From Octopus sinensis (taxonomy: Eukaryota), in contig NC_043003.1 of assembly GCF_006345805.1 (NCBI RefSeq), positions 100,812,001 to 100,876,000 of the forward strand: DNA of 64,000 nucleotides, in the 5' to 3' direction. Under the pieces are notes generated by a model. The model made no database searches. It had not been told where the DNA came from and was given only the letters and a program-made list of their open reading frames with translations. This document shows positions 12,216-24,639 of the stretch, in pieces (within the stretch, counting starts at the first letter, position 1; every line of letters starts with the position of its first letter). The translations under genes and the position numbers were made by a program.

Positions 12216-12299
12216 TTCACCTACCTCTCAAGTTTCCTTGCAGCATCACCAACCAACTGGGTTACATCCAAAAAGCACCCTACCTGTCAATCCTATCGC

Positions 12300-14350
12300 T
12301 AGAATCTAATGGCAAATCTCCTCTCTAGCTCATATGTCCACTCACTTCTGTCTGTTGCCACTGCCCAAAGCAAAAGAGGGCCACACTGGTCCTACTTCTG
12401 TTCACATAAACTTCTCACTTCTCCTTTTCTGGTAGGGCTCTCTCAGCTATTGACATCACTGACACTTTCCTCCCGGTTCACCTCATCTCCCCCCACCCAT
12501 CCACCACCATCGAGCAAAATGCAGTACTGTTGTCCATCAGAAATTTATCCACAGGGCCCCACTTCAGGAATACCTCATTCAGGATTTGTGCAACCTCAAC
12601 TGCAGTGCCCGTCTTAATTTCCCTCCATATCGCTGTCTGACTCAGTCCACAGTTAACCATCAAGAAATATGTCCCCTGCTTGGTAGTGTATCACATTCAC
12701 TGCCAATTGTCTCCAGTTGTGCTCTACTGAGATGTTTCCCAGCTCATGCACACCTGGAGCAGGGTCAGTTGACACCTATAACAGCTCCTGACCACTTTTG
12801 GATACTCTACCTAGTGACATTGGAGTCAACTTTCCTGGTAAGATACAGGGTTCTATCCATGCCCATATGATGCATGGTGTGCAGTCTCCTTAGTTCCAAG
12901 TCACCTAGCTGACACACTGCAGCTATCCCTTGCTTTAAATCTTCCAGCACTGCCAACCAAGCCTTTTTCACCCTTGTGAAATATCTGCCTTATTCCTTTC
13001 TGAGGACATAAAGACCATGCTCACCTTCAAACCAAGTTTGGCTGCTAGTTCACCCAGTGCTTCACTAACATCTCTGCAGCCCCTTTTGTTTGAACCCTCC
13101 TTTCATCAGTGATCACTGATCTCACCCATCCAAGCACAGTAGCCAAATCATTTTGGATTTCAATAGAATTCACCTCCATCTCAGAGCCAGATTCACCCAC
13201 TTCAGCAGAGCATCCAACTCAGACATGTTGATGTGGTTGTAGTCATCTGCTTTTCTGAGCCAGGTTGCATCCTCCATTTTGACACCCCTGATTTCCAGGA
13301 CAACCCCTATTGCTATGCATCACACCATATGGTCCTGTTCTAGGATCTCCTGCATCATAGCCACCATCCTCTCTCCCACTTTGTCTCATCTGCTTGTTAC
13401 TTGATGTAGCTGCATGCTGTTCAAAGCCATCCTGTGATTGGATAGTAACCCACTAGTCTCCCACACATCAAGAATAGTGCCCAATTCTGAAATCTCATTT
13501 CCTCTCTGAAATATCAACACACCTATTTCGTAGCTTGATCCCCAGTGCAGCTCCTCCAACCATTGGCTCCAGTGGTTTCGCAGTTAGCCTGATCTTCATT
13601 AGGTGATCTATGATCTCTGTGATAGACACTACAGTCTCGTCTACCAAGATCTCATCTGTATAGGAATTGGTGGTCTTTTTGACCGTGTCCACTTTTCCCA
13701 GGATAGATTTGAGCACTGTTGTCATGATCTTTGGTGCAGAATTCAACCTGAAACTCAGTCTAGTTAACCAACATGTCTGGCCCTTATGTCTCACTAGCTG
13801 ATACTTCCACAATTTCTTACTCATGTGAGCTGCAGATATGCTGACTTTAAGTCAACAATTGTTGCAGCCCTCATCATCTGTCTCCATTCATGCAACATCT
13901 CTCTGCAGACACCAGCTACCTCACCACCCGTGTGACAATACATGGCCATTCAGCTCTCAAAAGTCCAGTACAGCTTGACCTTGCCCTTCGTTGGCTGCAC
14001 CATTGCTATTAGTGGAAACACTCTGCTCTTCACTTCCTCCTTCCATGGGATTAGGATATCCCCTTTGATCCATCACTGACCTTCCTTCAAAATCAGTTCT
14101 GGCATCTCCTTTTAATGTATGCTGATAACAGCGTAGCCTGTTCCTCAGCATTGAGGGCTCCCCCTTTCCAATGCAACTCAACCATTTCCCTAGGGCTCTG
14201 CCCACTCTCTTGTTGCAGATTCACAGTGCATGACACCCCTGCACCATCAGATGAAACCATGTCTCCACTAACAATGACACCACCTAGGTGGTAGATTGCA
14301 TCCATACCCATCATCACATCAATTTCATCTACTACATGGTTGATCACAAT
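12300..14350 (-). mobile_element. Decayed Ty3/Gypsy-like LTR element pol (PR tail, RT, RH, IN)
   Basis: DVMMGMDAI (protease tail), WLTRLSFRLNSAPKIM...SYTDEILVDE (RT), HTMHHMGMDRTL and KFLMDNSTAF (integrase). Same family as 59021-59314. Confidence 0.75.
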
Positions 14351-14529
14351 TACTCACAGCCTTTGTGTTGTGCCCTGCACTGCCATCTCCACTTCACTGC
14401 TACCCTTTCATCTAATTTCATTGCTGTTGACTGCCCTAACACTACTTACCACCTTCCACTTTTTAGTCACCTTTGGGGGACATTGTATGGCCCATATCCA
14501 CGAGGGATTTGAATACCTTTCCTTTAACC

Positions 14530-15600
14530 AAGACTTCAACTATAGGTAGCAACTGTACAAGAACCTCTACTTGTCCATGGGGAAGTTTGAGAGGAAGCAA
14601 CTTTTTCCAGGGCCTTTTCCCTGATGAAATAGATAGAAAAACTAAGAAAGTGATGACCGTGAACAAGGAACTGCACTCTAAAAGCAATATTGATAGACTG
14701 TATGAGGAAGAGGCCTCATAGGATGCAAGATCTGTATTGTCAACGAGGAAAACCGTCTGGGATGGTATGTCAAACAGCAAATTGAACCCTTGCTTGCTAC
14801 TGTTAGAAATAGCAACATAATACCTACCAAAAATGTGACACACCCAAATCGAAGAGAAAGACAAGACCAACATCTAGAGATGACTAAGGAAAAGTGATCT
14901 GAAAGGATGTACCAAGGCTTTGAAATGTTGTACCCAGGAACAAGCTCTGAAAACTAATTACACCAAGTTCCAGATAGATAAGAGCAGTGAATCGCAACTT
15001 TGTAAGATGTGTGACAGCAAAAACAAAACAATAACACATGTTATAACAAACTAGTCCAAAAGGAATAAACAAAGGAGGCATGATAACATGGATAAGTTTG
15101 TTTACTGGAGATTGTGTGAGAAGTGCAAGGAAATGGTATGAACATGAACCAGAAGGCATCATTGAAAATAATGAATATAAGATTTTGTGGGATTTTACAA
15201 TCCAATGTGACTCTCTAATAGATACCCAAAAATGAGACATTGTTGTAGTGGGTAAAAAGAAAAATTAAACTAAAATTATAGATGTTGCCATCCTGGGGAT
15301 GTATGTGTAGTGACAAACAGTTGGAAAAGGTGAAAAAATACAGACTGCTAAAAGACAAAATTGTAAGAATATGGGCAATGAAGAGAGAGTAACTGCCATC
15401 TCAGTAATTGTAGGGGCACTTGGAGCATTAACAACCAAATCAGATACATCAAATCTGAGATTGGTACTTGGATGTTAAGTATCTTCTACAATACTTAACA
15501 TCTAGGTACCAAGTTCTATAATTTGTGGAAAGAGACCTATGACAACAAATAGGATTAACTGGAGTAAATAAGATCAAGAGATCTAAGAAGTAAAATGTAA
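14530..15600 (+). mobile_element. R4/Dong-like LINE, 3' fragment (zinc knuckle plus REL endonuclease)
   Basis: SNIDRLYE..., ALKCCTQEQALK, CKMCDSK..TITHV, HEPEGIIENNEYKILWDFTIQCD, then a PD-type motif with IIDVAIP. Confidence 0.8.
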
Positions 15601-15759
15601 TAACTTTTAACAGTCACAAGTTTTGTGGAAGAGCACAATCAATTCTAGGACTTGAATTGTATTTATTTCATCAAACCTCACAAGGGTGAAAGTCACCTTA
15701 GCAAGGTTTGAACTTAGAACATAAAAGATAGTGCAAGGTGAAGAAACTTAAGCAATATG

Positions 15760-15765
15760 TTTATT
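15760..15765 (-). terminator. Candidate polyadenylation signal of the PDE gene
   Basis: Minus-strand AATAAA about 94 nt after the stop codon; a second copy lies at 15667-15662. There is no transcript evidence. Confidence 0.3.
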
Positions 15766-15858
15766 ATCTTCAATTAAATTCATATTCTTGATAAAATGCA
15801 GAATCCAGCTCATTTCTGTTATTTTTCCTATTTCATCTGGTTTCTTGACATCACATCT

Positions 15859-15928
15859 TTAACGGGTTTCTGTCTCCTCATTAGTCTTACATTCTTTTGC
15901 TAAAATTTCCCAGTTTTCTAAGTTCTTC
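15859..15928 (-). CDS. PDE10A: PDE10A-like phosphodiesterase, last coding exon (K)KNLENWEILAKECKTNEETETR*
   Basis: Acceptor ttttcatttgcag is phase 2, matching the previous donor. NL..W aligns to PDE10A DNLSQW. TAA stop at 15861-15859. Confidence 0.8.
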
Positions 15929-16384
15929 CTGCAAATGAAAATGAAAGGAAAAGTAACTCAAAAATAATCATATCTTATCTAAATTCAAATACAGGTTTGA
16001 CCCTTAATAATAGCATTACTCTTTCTTTTTCTTTAAAACCAACAGACTTAAATGTTTAAATATTTGAGATGAGTTATTGCTGAGTTATGATACATCAAGC
16101 TTTCAGACTACTTCAGACGTTATTTTTCATGTAAACATTTTTAAATCAGCATTTTAACTCTAAAAATGAGGTCAATAATCTGAAAATTAAGAGTATACGA
16201 GTGTTTTAAAAGAATAGAAATAGAAAAGACTTGTGACTTTGTATTCTTTGACAAAAGATTTTTGGCTACTGCAGGAAAGTACTTCAAATAGAGTGAAGTG
16301 CAAGGTTATGTGGCTTCAGCTTAAATTTACTCCAAACTCTCAGTTATTTCTAATGGCAGTCTTTCCATAATGATGTTTTTTTAC

Positions 16385-16860
<476 letters not shown>

Positions 16861-17709
16861 TATATATATATTTACTCCTCTTTTTATCACTGTTTTCCCA
16901 CATAAAGCTGCATATCATTTTCTCTCTTCTATTTCTCTATCTACTACTTGATTCTTTCTGCTAAACCCATCACTGTCACACCACCAAATAGGAGCTGATT
17001 TAGACTGTTGTAACCCGTTTAACCTATGTCCATATAGAAAAATTTATATGTGAAGATAATGTTGACAAGATTAGGGAAAAACAGAAATAGTCAATTTTTA
17101 GTGCTTTCTGAGATGTTAATTCTCCTGAGATTTCATTGTAAGTCTTCAAGAAATGCATAGTAGAACAAGGAAGATGTCACTGGTAAGTTACTTCAATTAT
17201 ATCACTTTTGAGAAGAACATGAACTTCATTCATCCCGTATCTTTTTCTCTAAAAATTATGGGTAGCTCATTTTTTAACATTTATCAAAACAAAATTCATC
17301 ATTCAGATTTGTTAATTATGATCATTCATTATCTAAAAAACACAAAACCTTTAAATGTTTATTTCTTACTGAGATAGGAAGTCAATTGTTGGTAGGGAGA
17401 GATATTGAATTGAACACATAATTATTGGTACTTATATTAATCAACAAAGTTGCAATCAATGTGAGGACTTCTTTAAGATCTTTTTTACAGAGCAAACTTT
17501 ACAGAAGACAACACAAGTAAGAAACACTAAGTAAACTTTAATAAAAACCAGGATTTAAAAAAATAAACTCAAAAACATATCTCTGCAAATGATGTTTCTT
17601 CTAACAAGACAAATGTTAGGTGAGACATACAGTTGATTAAACTGGCTCAAATGTAATCCACTCGGCACTGCTGTTAAGTTTATTTGCAGAAAGTGCCTGG
17701 TTTATGTGT

Positions 17710-17940
17710 TCAGCTCAAGATCATAATATCATAAGATTGATACATAGTGGCATGTTGTCTCCTTGAGCAAGACACTTTATTTCATGTTGTTCCAGTTCAT
17801 TCAGCTGACAAAATGAGTAGTATCTGTATTTCAAAAGGCCAACCTTGTCACATTCTGTATCATGCTGAATCTCCCTGAGAACTATGTTAAGGTTACACAT
17901 GTCTGTGGAGTGCTCAGCCATCTGCATGTTAATTTCATTG
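17710..17940 (+). mobile_element. tRNA-derived SINE (same family as 11100-11378)
   Basis: Shared ccttgagcaagacactttatttcatgttg and ctccctgagaacta...tgtctgtggagtgctcagcca blocks. Confidence 0.65.
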
Positions 17941-18079
17941 ATCAGATCAATGGGAAGCTAGTTAGTTTGTTGCCACCAGGATATGGATTCAGAACTATTT
18001 AGTAAAATTTTCGAGAAGATTTGTCTTATACTCAGTTCTGCCCAATCACCATCTGTATGTTAGAAATGTTGTTACTTAC

Positions 18080-18168
18080 TTAACTCCATTGACCATGGTG
18101 GTGGTTTCTGGGAGTAGATCTGACATCAGCTGATAACATGGTAAACAAATAAAAGAAAGGAATCCAAC
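18080..18168 (-). CDS. PDE10A: PDE10A-like exon VGFLSFICLPCYQLMSDLLPETTTMVNGV(K)
   Basis: Acceptor gatttcag, donor GTAAGT, phases 0/2. Matches the PDE (Q)VGF..IC.PCY motif. Confidence 0.9.
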
Positions 18169-19239
18169 CTGAAATCAGATAGCATTTTAACATTTTGTTC
18201 TCATGTTTCAAAATATAATCTTAATAGTGCATCTGCAAGAGAAAATTCACAGCCTTTTTTCATCCAGAGAAACAACTTCATCTTACCCTTGTAAGTTTTT
18301 GACCCGAAAATTTTTAAATATTCAATTTTCATCAGAATTTTTCCATATAAATTTTACTAAATCTTTTTAGGATTTCAGAAGTCTTTGGGAATTTTTCCTG
18401 CTCTTCTTTCTTTCTTTTACTCCTCTTCCCTCTTTTACTCTCTTTCATTTTTCCATTAGTTCTTGCAGTTACAGGTGTCCATATGTATGTGTATATGTAT
18501 AGGTGTGTGAGAACATGTGTATACAAGTGGCTAGGTGTGTGTTGACAAGCGAGATAACTCTCTAGCCAAGTACTTCGTACCTTATGATTTACAATATATG
18601 GGCAGATGTATCAGTGGTTTTGAATCCAACATCAATGATTTTTCAACTTGTCCTGATGAAATTCTAAAAAAGGGCCCATAACTTTTGTTGTCTGGTGTTG
18701 GTGACATGTTTCCTAATAATTTTGTAGTGTTGATTTTAAAAATGAAATCAATCCATTTTGCTCTATCACATAGTTTTTCAATATCATTTAAAATAAATGC
18801 AACTACAAAAGTGAAAACAAAAGTCATGATTTAAATATCTCCAGTAAATAAAATGCAGCAAACTCGAGCAACTTCCACCATTTCCAATCCACTCAGTTTT
18901 AAATTTCTTGATGATGACAGAAATGTTCTTTTACAGTTAGATGTTAATAAATAATATATTTCTGTGGTCCTTGACATCACACGTCTCATATTTGTGGAAT
19001 TTGTCTGCACATGTGCCCTCATTGTGCTCAATTTAGTGACTATCACTGCAAACCAGGTGAGACATATTTTGTCAAACCTTTCAATATTTCTTACGAAAAA
19101 TTTTTTTGAATGCACTCTTAATATTTTTATTGTGAGGTCACATGGGTCAAATTCACTTTTTGTAAGCATGGTCAAAAGACTGTAGAAAGAACTCCATGGA
19201 ACTTTGCTATCACAAATCTGCATTTGTTTCCTTTTATAA

Positions 19240-20227
19240 CTGTTGACAGATCTGAAAATGCTTCTCCCAGGTGATGACTAGCTTGAATATATTTTGTATT
19301 CCAGAAATATGGCCAGTTGTTAGAGAAGAAAAGGTAAAAACAACCTCAATGTCTTGTGCTATATTTCTGGATGTTACCCTTTACCTAGGCAGCAAAACAA
19401 AATCACAGATTTTGTGAAAAAAGCTTACCTTACTTACTTTGACATGAAACTGTGTGATCAAGAGAAAGTCTGAGCACCCTGTATAGTGTGTAAAATGTGT
19501 TGAAACACTGAGACAGTAACTGTTTCAAATACTTAAGCAGAAGTTTCCAGCTTGAGAAAACTAAGATTTGTGTGTTTGACAGATCACAGATTAGGTGGCT
19601 ATTGCAGGACAAGCAGTTTTTAGTGACCATGTCTGGTGTTGCATAACGAGCATGGAATGCTTTTGCTGCAGTTGTGTCTTATTTCCTGGGAAACAGGAAA
19701 CCATGAAATTATTAAGAACTTGTGAAGACCCTGTTAACCAGTTTTCAAGCACTGGGCTGCGACATGAGTGCATTTCCTGCAAAGTGAAATGGACTACTTA
19801 CATGAAAATCATAGGGCAATAAGTGATGAGCAAGGAGAAAGATTCCACCAAGACATGAAGACCAGTGAAACATCAAGGTAGATGGGACACAAATATGATG
19901 GCTGACTACTGCCAGTCTTTGCAAAGAGACTGTTGTGATGCAAGTTATTCATGCAAAGTAACAAAGAGAAAGCCCACTCCTTGTATAGCTGAAACTCCAG
20001 TTCGACAGAAATATCTATCCTAAATGTTTGTGTTATTTTTTTATTTCAGTATTGCATTTAATGGCAAAATTGACATTTTTTAGTAAAAAAATTAATTCCT
20101 GTTTACCAAAAAATTTGACATGATAGAACATTTCTAAGGGTATTTCTGAACCCAGCACCATCAAATTTAGTAGGACTAATTTCAAAAAGCAAGACAACTA
20201 AAAGTTTTTTCGAAAATGTTCCCCAGT
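19240..20227 (+). mobile_element. Internally deleted CMC/Chapaev-3-like DNA transposon
   Basis: N-terminus MASC*RRKGKNNLNVLCYISG...ITDFVKKAYLTYF..KL.DQEKV.AP is fused near 19518 to the C-terminus CFKYLS...SDEQGERFHQDMK...QGRWDTNMMADYC. The 3' end is ...ttccccagt. The superfamily label is from memory of these motifs. Confidence 0.6.
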
Positions 20228-20256
20228 ATTAGCAATAAAATAATAAAAGCAGCTGA

Positions 20257-20319
20257 CCAACAACTATTCATGTATAATTCCTATCTGCCTTAACAAAGTT
20301 ATTTGCTTTCTCTATGAGA
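20257..20319 (+). repeat. Perfect 63-bp inverted repeat, left arm (partner 21555-21617)
   Basis: Base-by-base reverse complement of 21555-21617, 63/63. Confidence 0.95.
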
Positions 20320-20475
20320 CAAAAGAAAGATGATTGTGCTTATTCAGAGAGTAAGGTCTAGAAAAAAAAAAAAAAACTTGACATGATATAAGAAAATTGA
20401 CTGTAGTTTTGAAATCAGCATGCCAAATTTAGTCTAAATCAAGGGAAAAAGCAAGCTCAACAGAAATTATTTAAC

Positions 20476-20556
20476 CTGAGTTTCTGGTAGAATATTTCTT
20501 TTTTCTCGGTCCATCATAGGCATTGGTTCTGACCCATGAGCTTTTTCCTCATCTCC
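20476..20556 (-). CDS. PDE10A: PDE10A-like exon GDEEKAHGSEPMPMMDREKRNILPETQ
   Basis: Acceptor tttcttgtag, donor GTTAAA, 81 nt, phases 0/0. Contains the GD.E and PMMDR motifs and the invariant Gln. Confidence 0.92.
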
Positions 20557-21339
20557 CTACAAGAAACATGATTCATTTTATAAAGGTTGCACATTGATAA
20601 ATTGGTACATATTGATTACAAACATCAGCACAATTTCAATGGTGGATGCAATCAATTAAAATGCAAGTTTGTAAACTTTTAAACCATGACAACTTTTTAA
20701 GAGCAAATTTACACTCCCTGTCACTTCTCTTTTGTCCAGGAATTTGAGTTTACTCTTCTACTATAAGTGACAATTGAAATTAGTTTCTGTAAACATTATT
20801 CAGTCCAAATAACAATCACCAAAAATAGCCTTTAGTACAGGAATTTCAGTTGTAAACAGATATGAAGCTCAGTCTTCTGATTTAAAATAGTCAGCTAGCC
20901 TCCCAGACATGAATTAAATAACATTAAATTCACAAGTGTCAAATCTAAATCTTTAAATCCTGAATTTTAGAAAGAAAAATGTATAATTCATGGGGTGTAC
21001 ACAGAACAGTATGTATCCAAACAATAATGCATCTATCTATTTTTTCAGATATTTTGACAGATTTGAACATGAATGTCTGTAATTCTCAGTTATTGTAATA
21101 GAAAGTGCAAAGTTCTTTAAAAGCTTAGCCCTTTTGATACCAACCCATCTGAGACTGTCCCAGGTTCTAAAGTAGTCTAAATTACAATTTTCCATAAAAG
21201 TTTTATGCTAATTTGTTCCAAACCTAAGCTTGATAATACTTCATTATTTCAAAAATTAAGTGAAACAAAGGCAGGATATGTTGACCAAAATATGGTAACA
21301 AAAGGGTTTTCTAATTCTTATTCTGTCCTATAGGTAGAG

Positions 21340-21800
21340 AATAGAGTGTCATCTCTGTATAGGCCAAAAATTAGCATTTAAGTTATTATAGCAAGTATAT
21401 ACCAACAAGATTGGTAAACTGTGCAGAATCACCATGGTAATATAGAAGTTCTTGTGTTTATCCCTATGGGTCTAAAGTTTATTATTGAATTTAATTAGTC
21501 TTTTTAGAGGCTAGTATTATGGCATTCTCAATCAGATTGAGACAGGTGTGAGTTTCTCATAGAGAAAGCAAATAACTTTGTTAAGGCAGATAGGAATTAT
21601 ACATGAATAGTTGTTGGAAATATCCAATTGTAAAAATTTATCTTCCAAGTTCCCAAGTGCAGTTTTAGATTTAAACATAGTAATTGTTCTTTCTATAAGT
21701 TTTTAACTAATTTAGATGGGCAGATAAGCCTAACTGTAGGTTTGCACTCAAACTTAGGGTTTATACATGGTGCCCTAGGTGCATAGGATTCAGCCCTCTC
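21340..21800 (-). mobile_element. Highly decayed Penelope-like RT
   Basis: Read across frameshifts: KPTVRLICPS, KFLQLDI, FYITMG..SAQFTNLVGIYLL and GLYRDD, which match PLE RT motifs. Confidence 0.6.
21555..21617 (-). repeat. Perfect 63-bp inverted repeat, right arm
   Basis: Reverse complement of 20257-20319; sits inside the decayed PLE RT. Confidence 0.95.
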
Positions 21801-22811
21801 AGCTAGACAAAGTTTATAACAATATTGAGACTTATACAGTTGATTTAGTTCAACTTAGAGGTAGGCTTATGCTTATAGCAACTACATAGCTCTTTATAGA
21901 TCAAGTTATTATAAGAGTCAATATTTATATTGTATGAATTTCCAATTTTGTGAGCATACAAAAGGATCTTAGATGGATGCCTTAGTTTTCTTAAGAGGTT
22001 GAAACTTCTAACATTAACTCCTCCTTCCAGAATCAGCTAACAGCCTCCATAAGATTATTGGGATTTTCCTATATATCCAATTTGTAACTGAATTTTGTTT
22101 ATTTACTAGGTTACAACTAAATGGCTGTGGGTCTATCATTATGTAATGCACATTATATAATCGATATGACAATATTATTGCTTCCATCCATCTTATGAAG
22201 CATGTTATATTGAAACAACTGTAAGCTGTACAATATCAACAAATCCATTCCTCATTTGTATTATTTATTTATCTGTCTGACTTTTCTTTAAGTTTAATTT
22301 TAGTTCTTCTAGAGAGAGTTCAAGCCAGTTGCGACAAAACGTTTTTAGTTAAGAGAGTTCCTGGTGTTTGTAAATATGTGGTTGAGTTGGTATATTGGTT
22401 GAACTGTCGATGCATACACCCAAGTGTGTGCATCTATTCACGTAAAAATCACAGAAGGAGAAATTTTGGAATGTCTTACAAATCTTCAGTGTGCCACTAA
22501 TAGATTGGATTTGGAGAATCTGTGTTTCTTTTGCTCTTTTTGCATGAAATTGAGTATTTCTAGGTTTTTGTGCAAATTTGTAGTACATAAACTAATGCAC
22601 TTGTGATGGTAGGTACAAATGAGAATTCATAGTCAGAGTACAAGAGCTGCATTAATTTGCCCATGAACATTATCTTTTTCCTGGACTTTTGATTGTATAT
22701 TCACATCTACTTGGCAGCAGACTGCTACAACATGACATTTATTCCCTGTCCCATAGAACAATATCAGATTTGTTATGTTTGCACTGAATTGGTGATTTTT
22801 GTTTGTATGTA

Positions 22812-24427
22812 CAGTTGCAGCCAAAATGTTCAGAACGGCATTGTTTTCATCAGAAAAGTAGATATAATTTTTTATCAAAGTTGTTTTATATTCTATAATT
22901 TTCACAGACAATAAATACGATATTATTTGTTATTGCCTGAGATTTTGGTGTAATTTGAGAGGATAATACAAACGTTATGGATGATTTAGTGATTTACTGC
23001 AAAACCCATGGCAGCCAAAATGATCAGAACGGTTGCTTTTACTCCGTGTTTTAGTATATTTAACCGGCGAACTCTAATGTTTTGAATTTGTTTACGTGAC
23101 TGTTCGTTTACTAAACATTAGTAAGAATATTTGCAGTGTACTTTGTTAATATAATGCCACTTACTCCATTACCAATTCGTCAGCAGATTATTAAGCTTCG
23201 AAGGAAGGATAATTTAAGTATTGGATCTATTGCAAGTCAAAAAGTGTTGTACACGGTATTCTTAAGGTCTACGATGATTGTGGTTCGTGTGAAGCAAGAA
23301 TGTTTACAGGTAGGCGAAGAAAAACGACCAAGAGAGAAGATCGTGCTATGGTAAAGTTGGTTAAAAAGGACAGATTTAAAACTGCTGCTGCTGTTTCTCG
23401 GAAAATGAGCATTGTATTGAAGAAAACTTTATCTCGAAAAACTGTGTCTCGTCATTTAGTTGAACATGACCTACAAGCAAGAGCACCTGCAGTGAAGCCA
23501 CTGATCAGCTCCAAGAATAAAAATTGTCGTCTTACCTTTGCAACCGAACATGTGTTGTGGTCTCAAGAAAAATGGCAAACGGTGCATTTCAGTGATGAAT
23601 CTAAGTTTATGCTATTTGGCTCAGATGGAAAAAGGTACGTTCGTAGAAAAGTAGGTGAAAAATTGTTGCCTAAATGCCTTAAAACTAGTGTTAAATTCGG
23701 TGGAGGAAGTGTCATGGTTTGGGGAATGATATCTGGAGATGGTGTGGGCCCTTTGGTGCGATTACATGGAAAGTTAAATGCAGGAGTTTATAAACAACTT
23801 GTAAAAGATCATGTCTTGTCTGTGCTGAGAAATTCAACTAAGCGACCACCCATATTCATGCAAGGCAATGCCCCATGTCACAAGGCTAAGATGGTCATGA
23901 ACTTCCTCAAGGCTGAAAAGGTTATTGTAATGGATTGGCCAGCTCAAAGCCCAGATCTCAATCCTATTGAAAATGTGTGGAATATTCTAGGAGAACGTTC
24001 GAAAGCCAGAAATCCTAAAACAACTGAGCAAATATGGAATGCCCTTCAGGAAGAATGGAATAAGATCACCCAGCAAGAAAGTGAAAATTTAATTTCCTCA
24101 TGCAGTCGAAGATGTTAGAGTGTGATTGAAGCTAAAGGGCTTCACACTAAATATTAAATGATTCCAGTATTCTCTGTCATTTTTGATTATTTTGTTATTT
24201 TTTCAACCGTTCTGATCATTTTGGCCGCCATGGGTTTTGCAGTAAATCACTAAATCATCCATAACTTTTGTATTATCCTCTCAAATTACACCAAAATCTC
24301 AGACAATAACAATTAATATTGTATTTATTGTCTGTGAAAAGTATAGAATATAAAACAACTTTGATAAAAACTTATACCTACTTTTCTGACGAAAACAATG
24401 CCGTTCTGAACATTTTGGCCGCAACTG
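22812..24427 (+). mobile_element. Full-length Tc1-family DNA transposon, IR/DR type, 1616 bp
   Basis: 224-bp TIRs (22812-23035, 24204-24427) start CAGTTG. TA target duplications lie at 22810-22811 and 24428-24429. Each TIR carries two 22-bp direct repeats gcagccaaaatgWtcagaacgg. Confidence 0.95.
23154..24157 (+). pseudogene. Tc1 DD34E transposase, inactivated
   Basis: ATG at 23154 and a frameshift near 23233. FSDES gives D1; QGNAPCH has the second D changed to G; SPDLNPIE is at 34 spacing. An in-frame TAG at 24116-24118 precedes SVIEAKGLHTKY*. Confidence 0.92.
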
Positions 24428-24441
24428 TATGTATGTATGTA

Positions 24442-24512
<71 letters not shown>

Positions 24513-24639
24513 ATGTGCTTATGTATGTATGCATGCATGCATGTATGCACATAAAACATTTAAGTTTTATTTCGTATCTACCTAAGCAATTCTATATTTC
24601 CCTCATATATACAATAATCACTCACCATATCATTGTTCA

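Noticed and set aside
18480-19230. ORFs 18582-18827 and 18831-19223 as host exons
   Set aside because: They have no PDE similarity and the gene model is complete without them. There is only a faint resemblance to a decayed RT, too weak to call.
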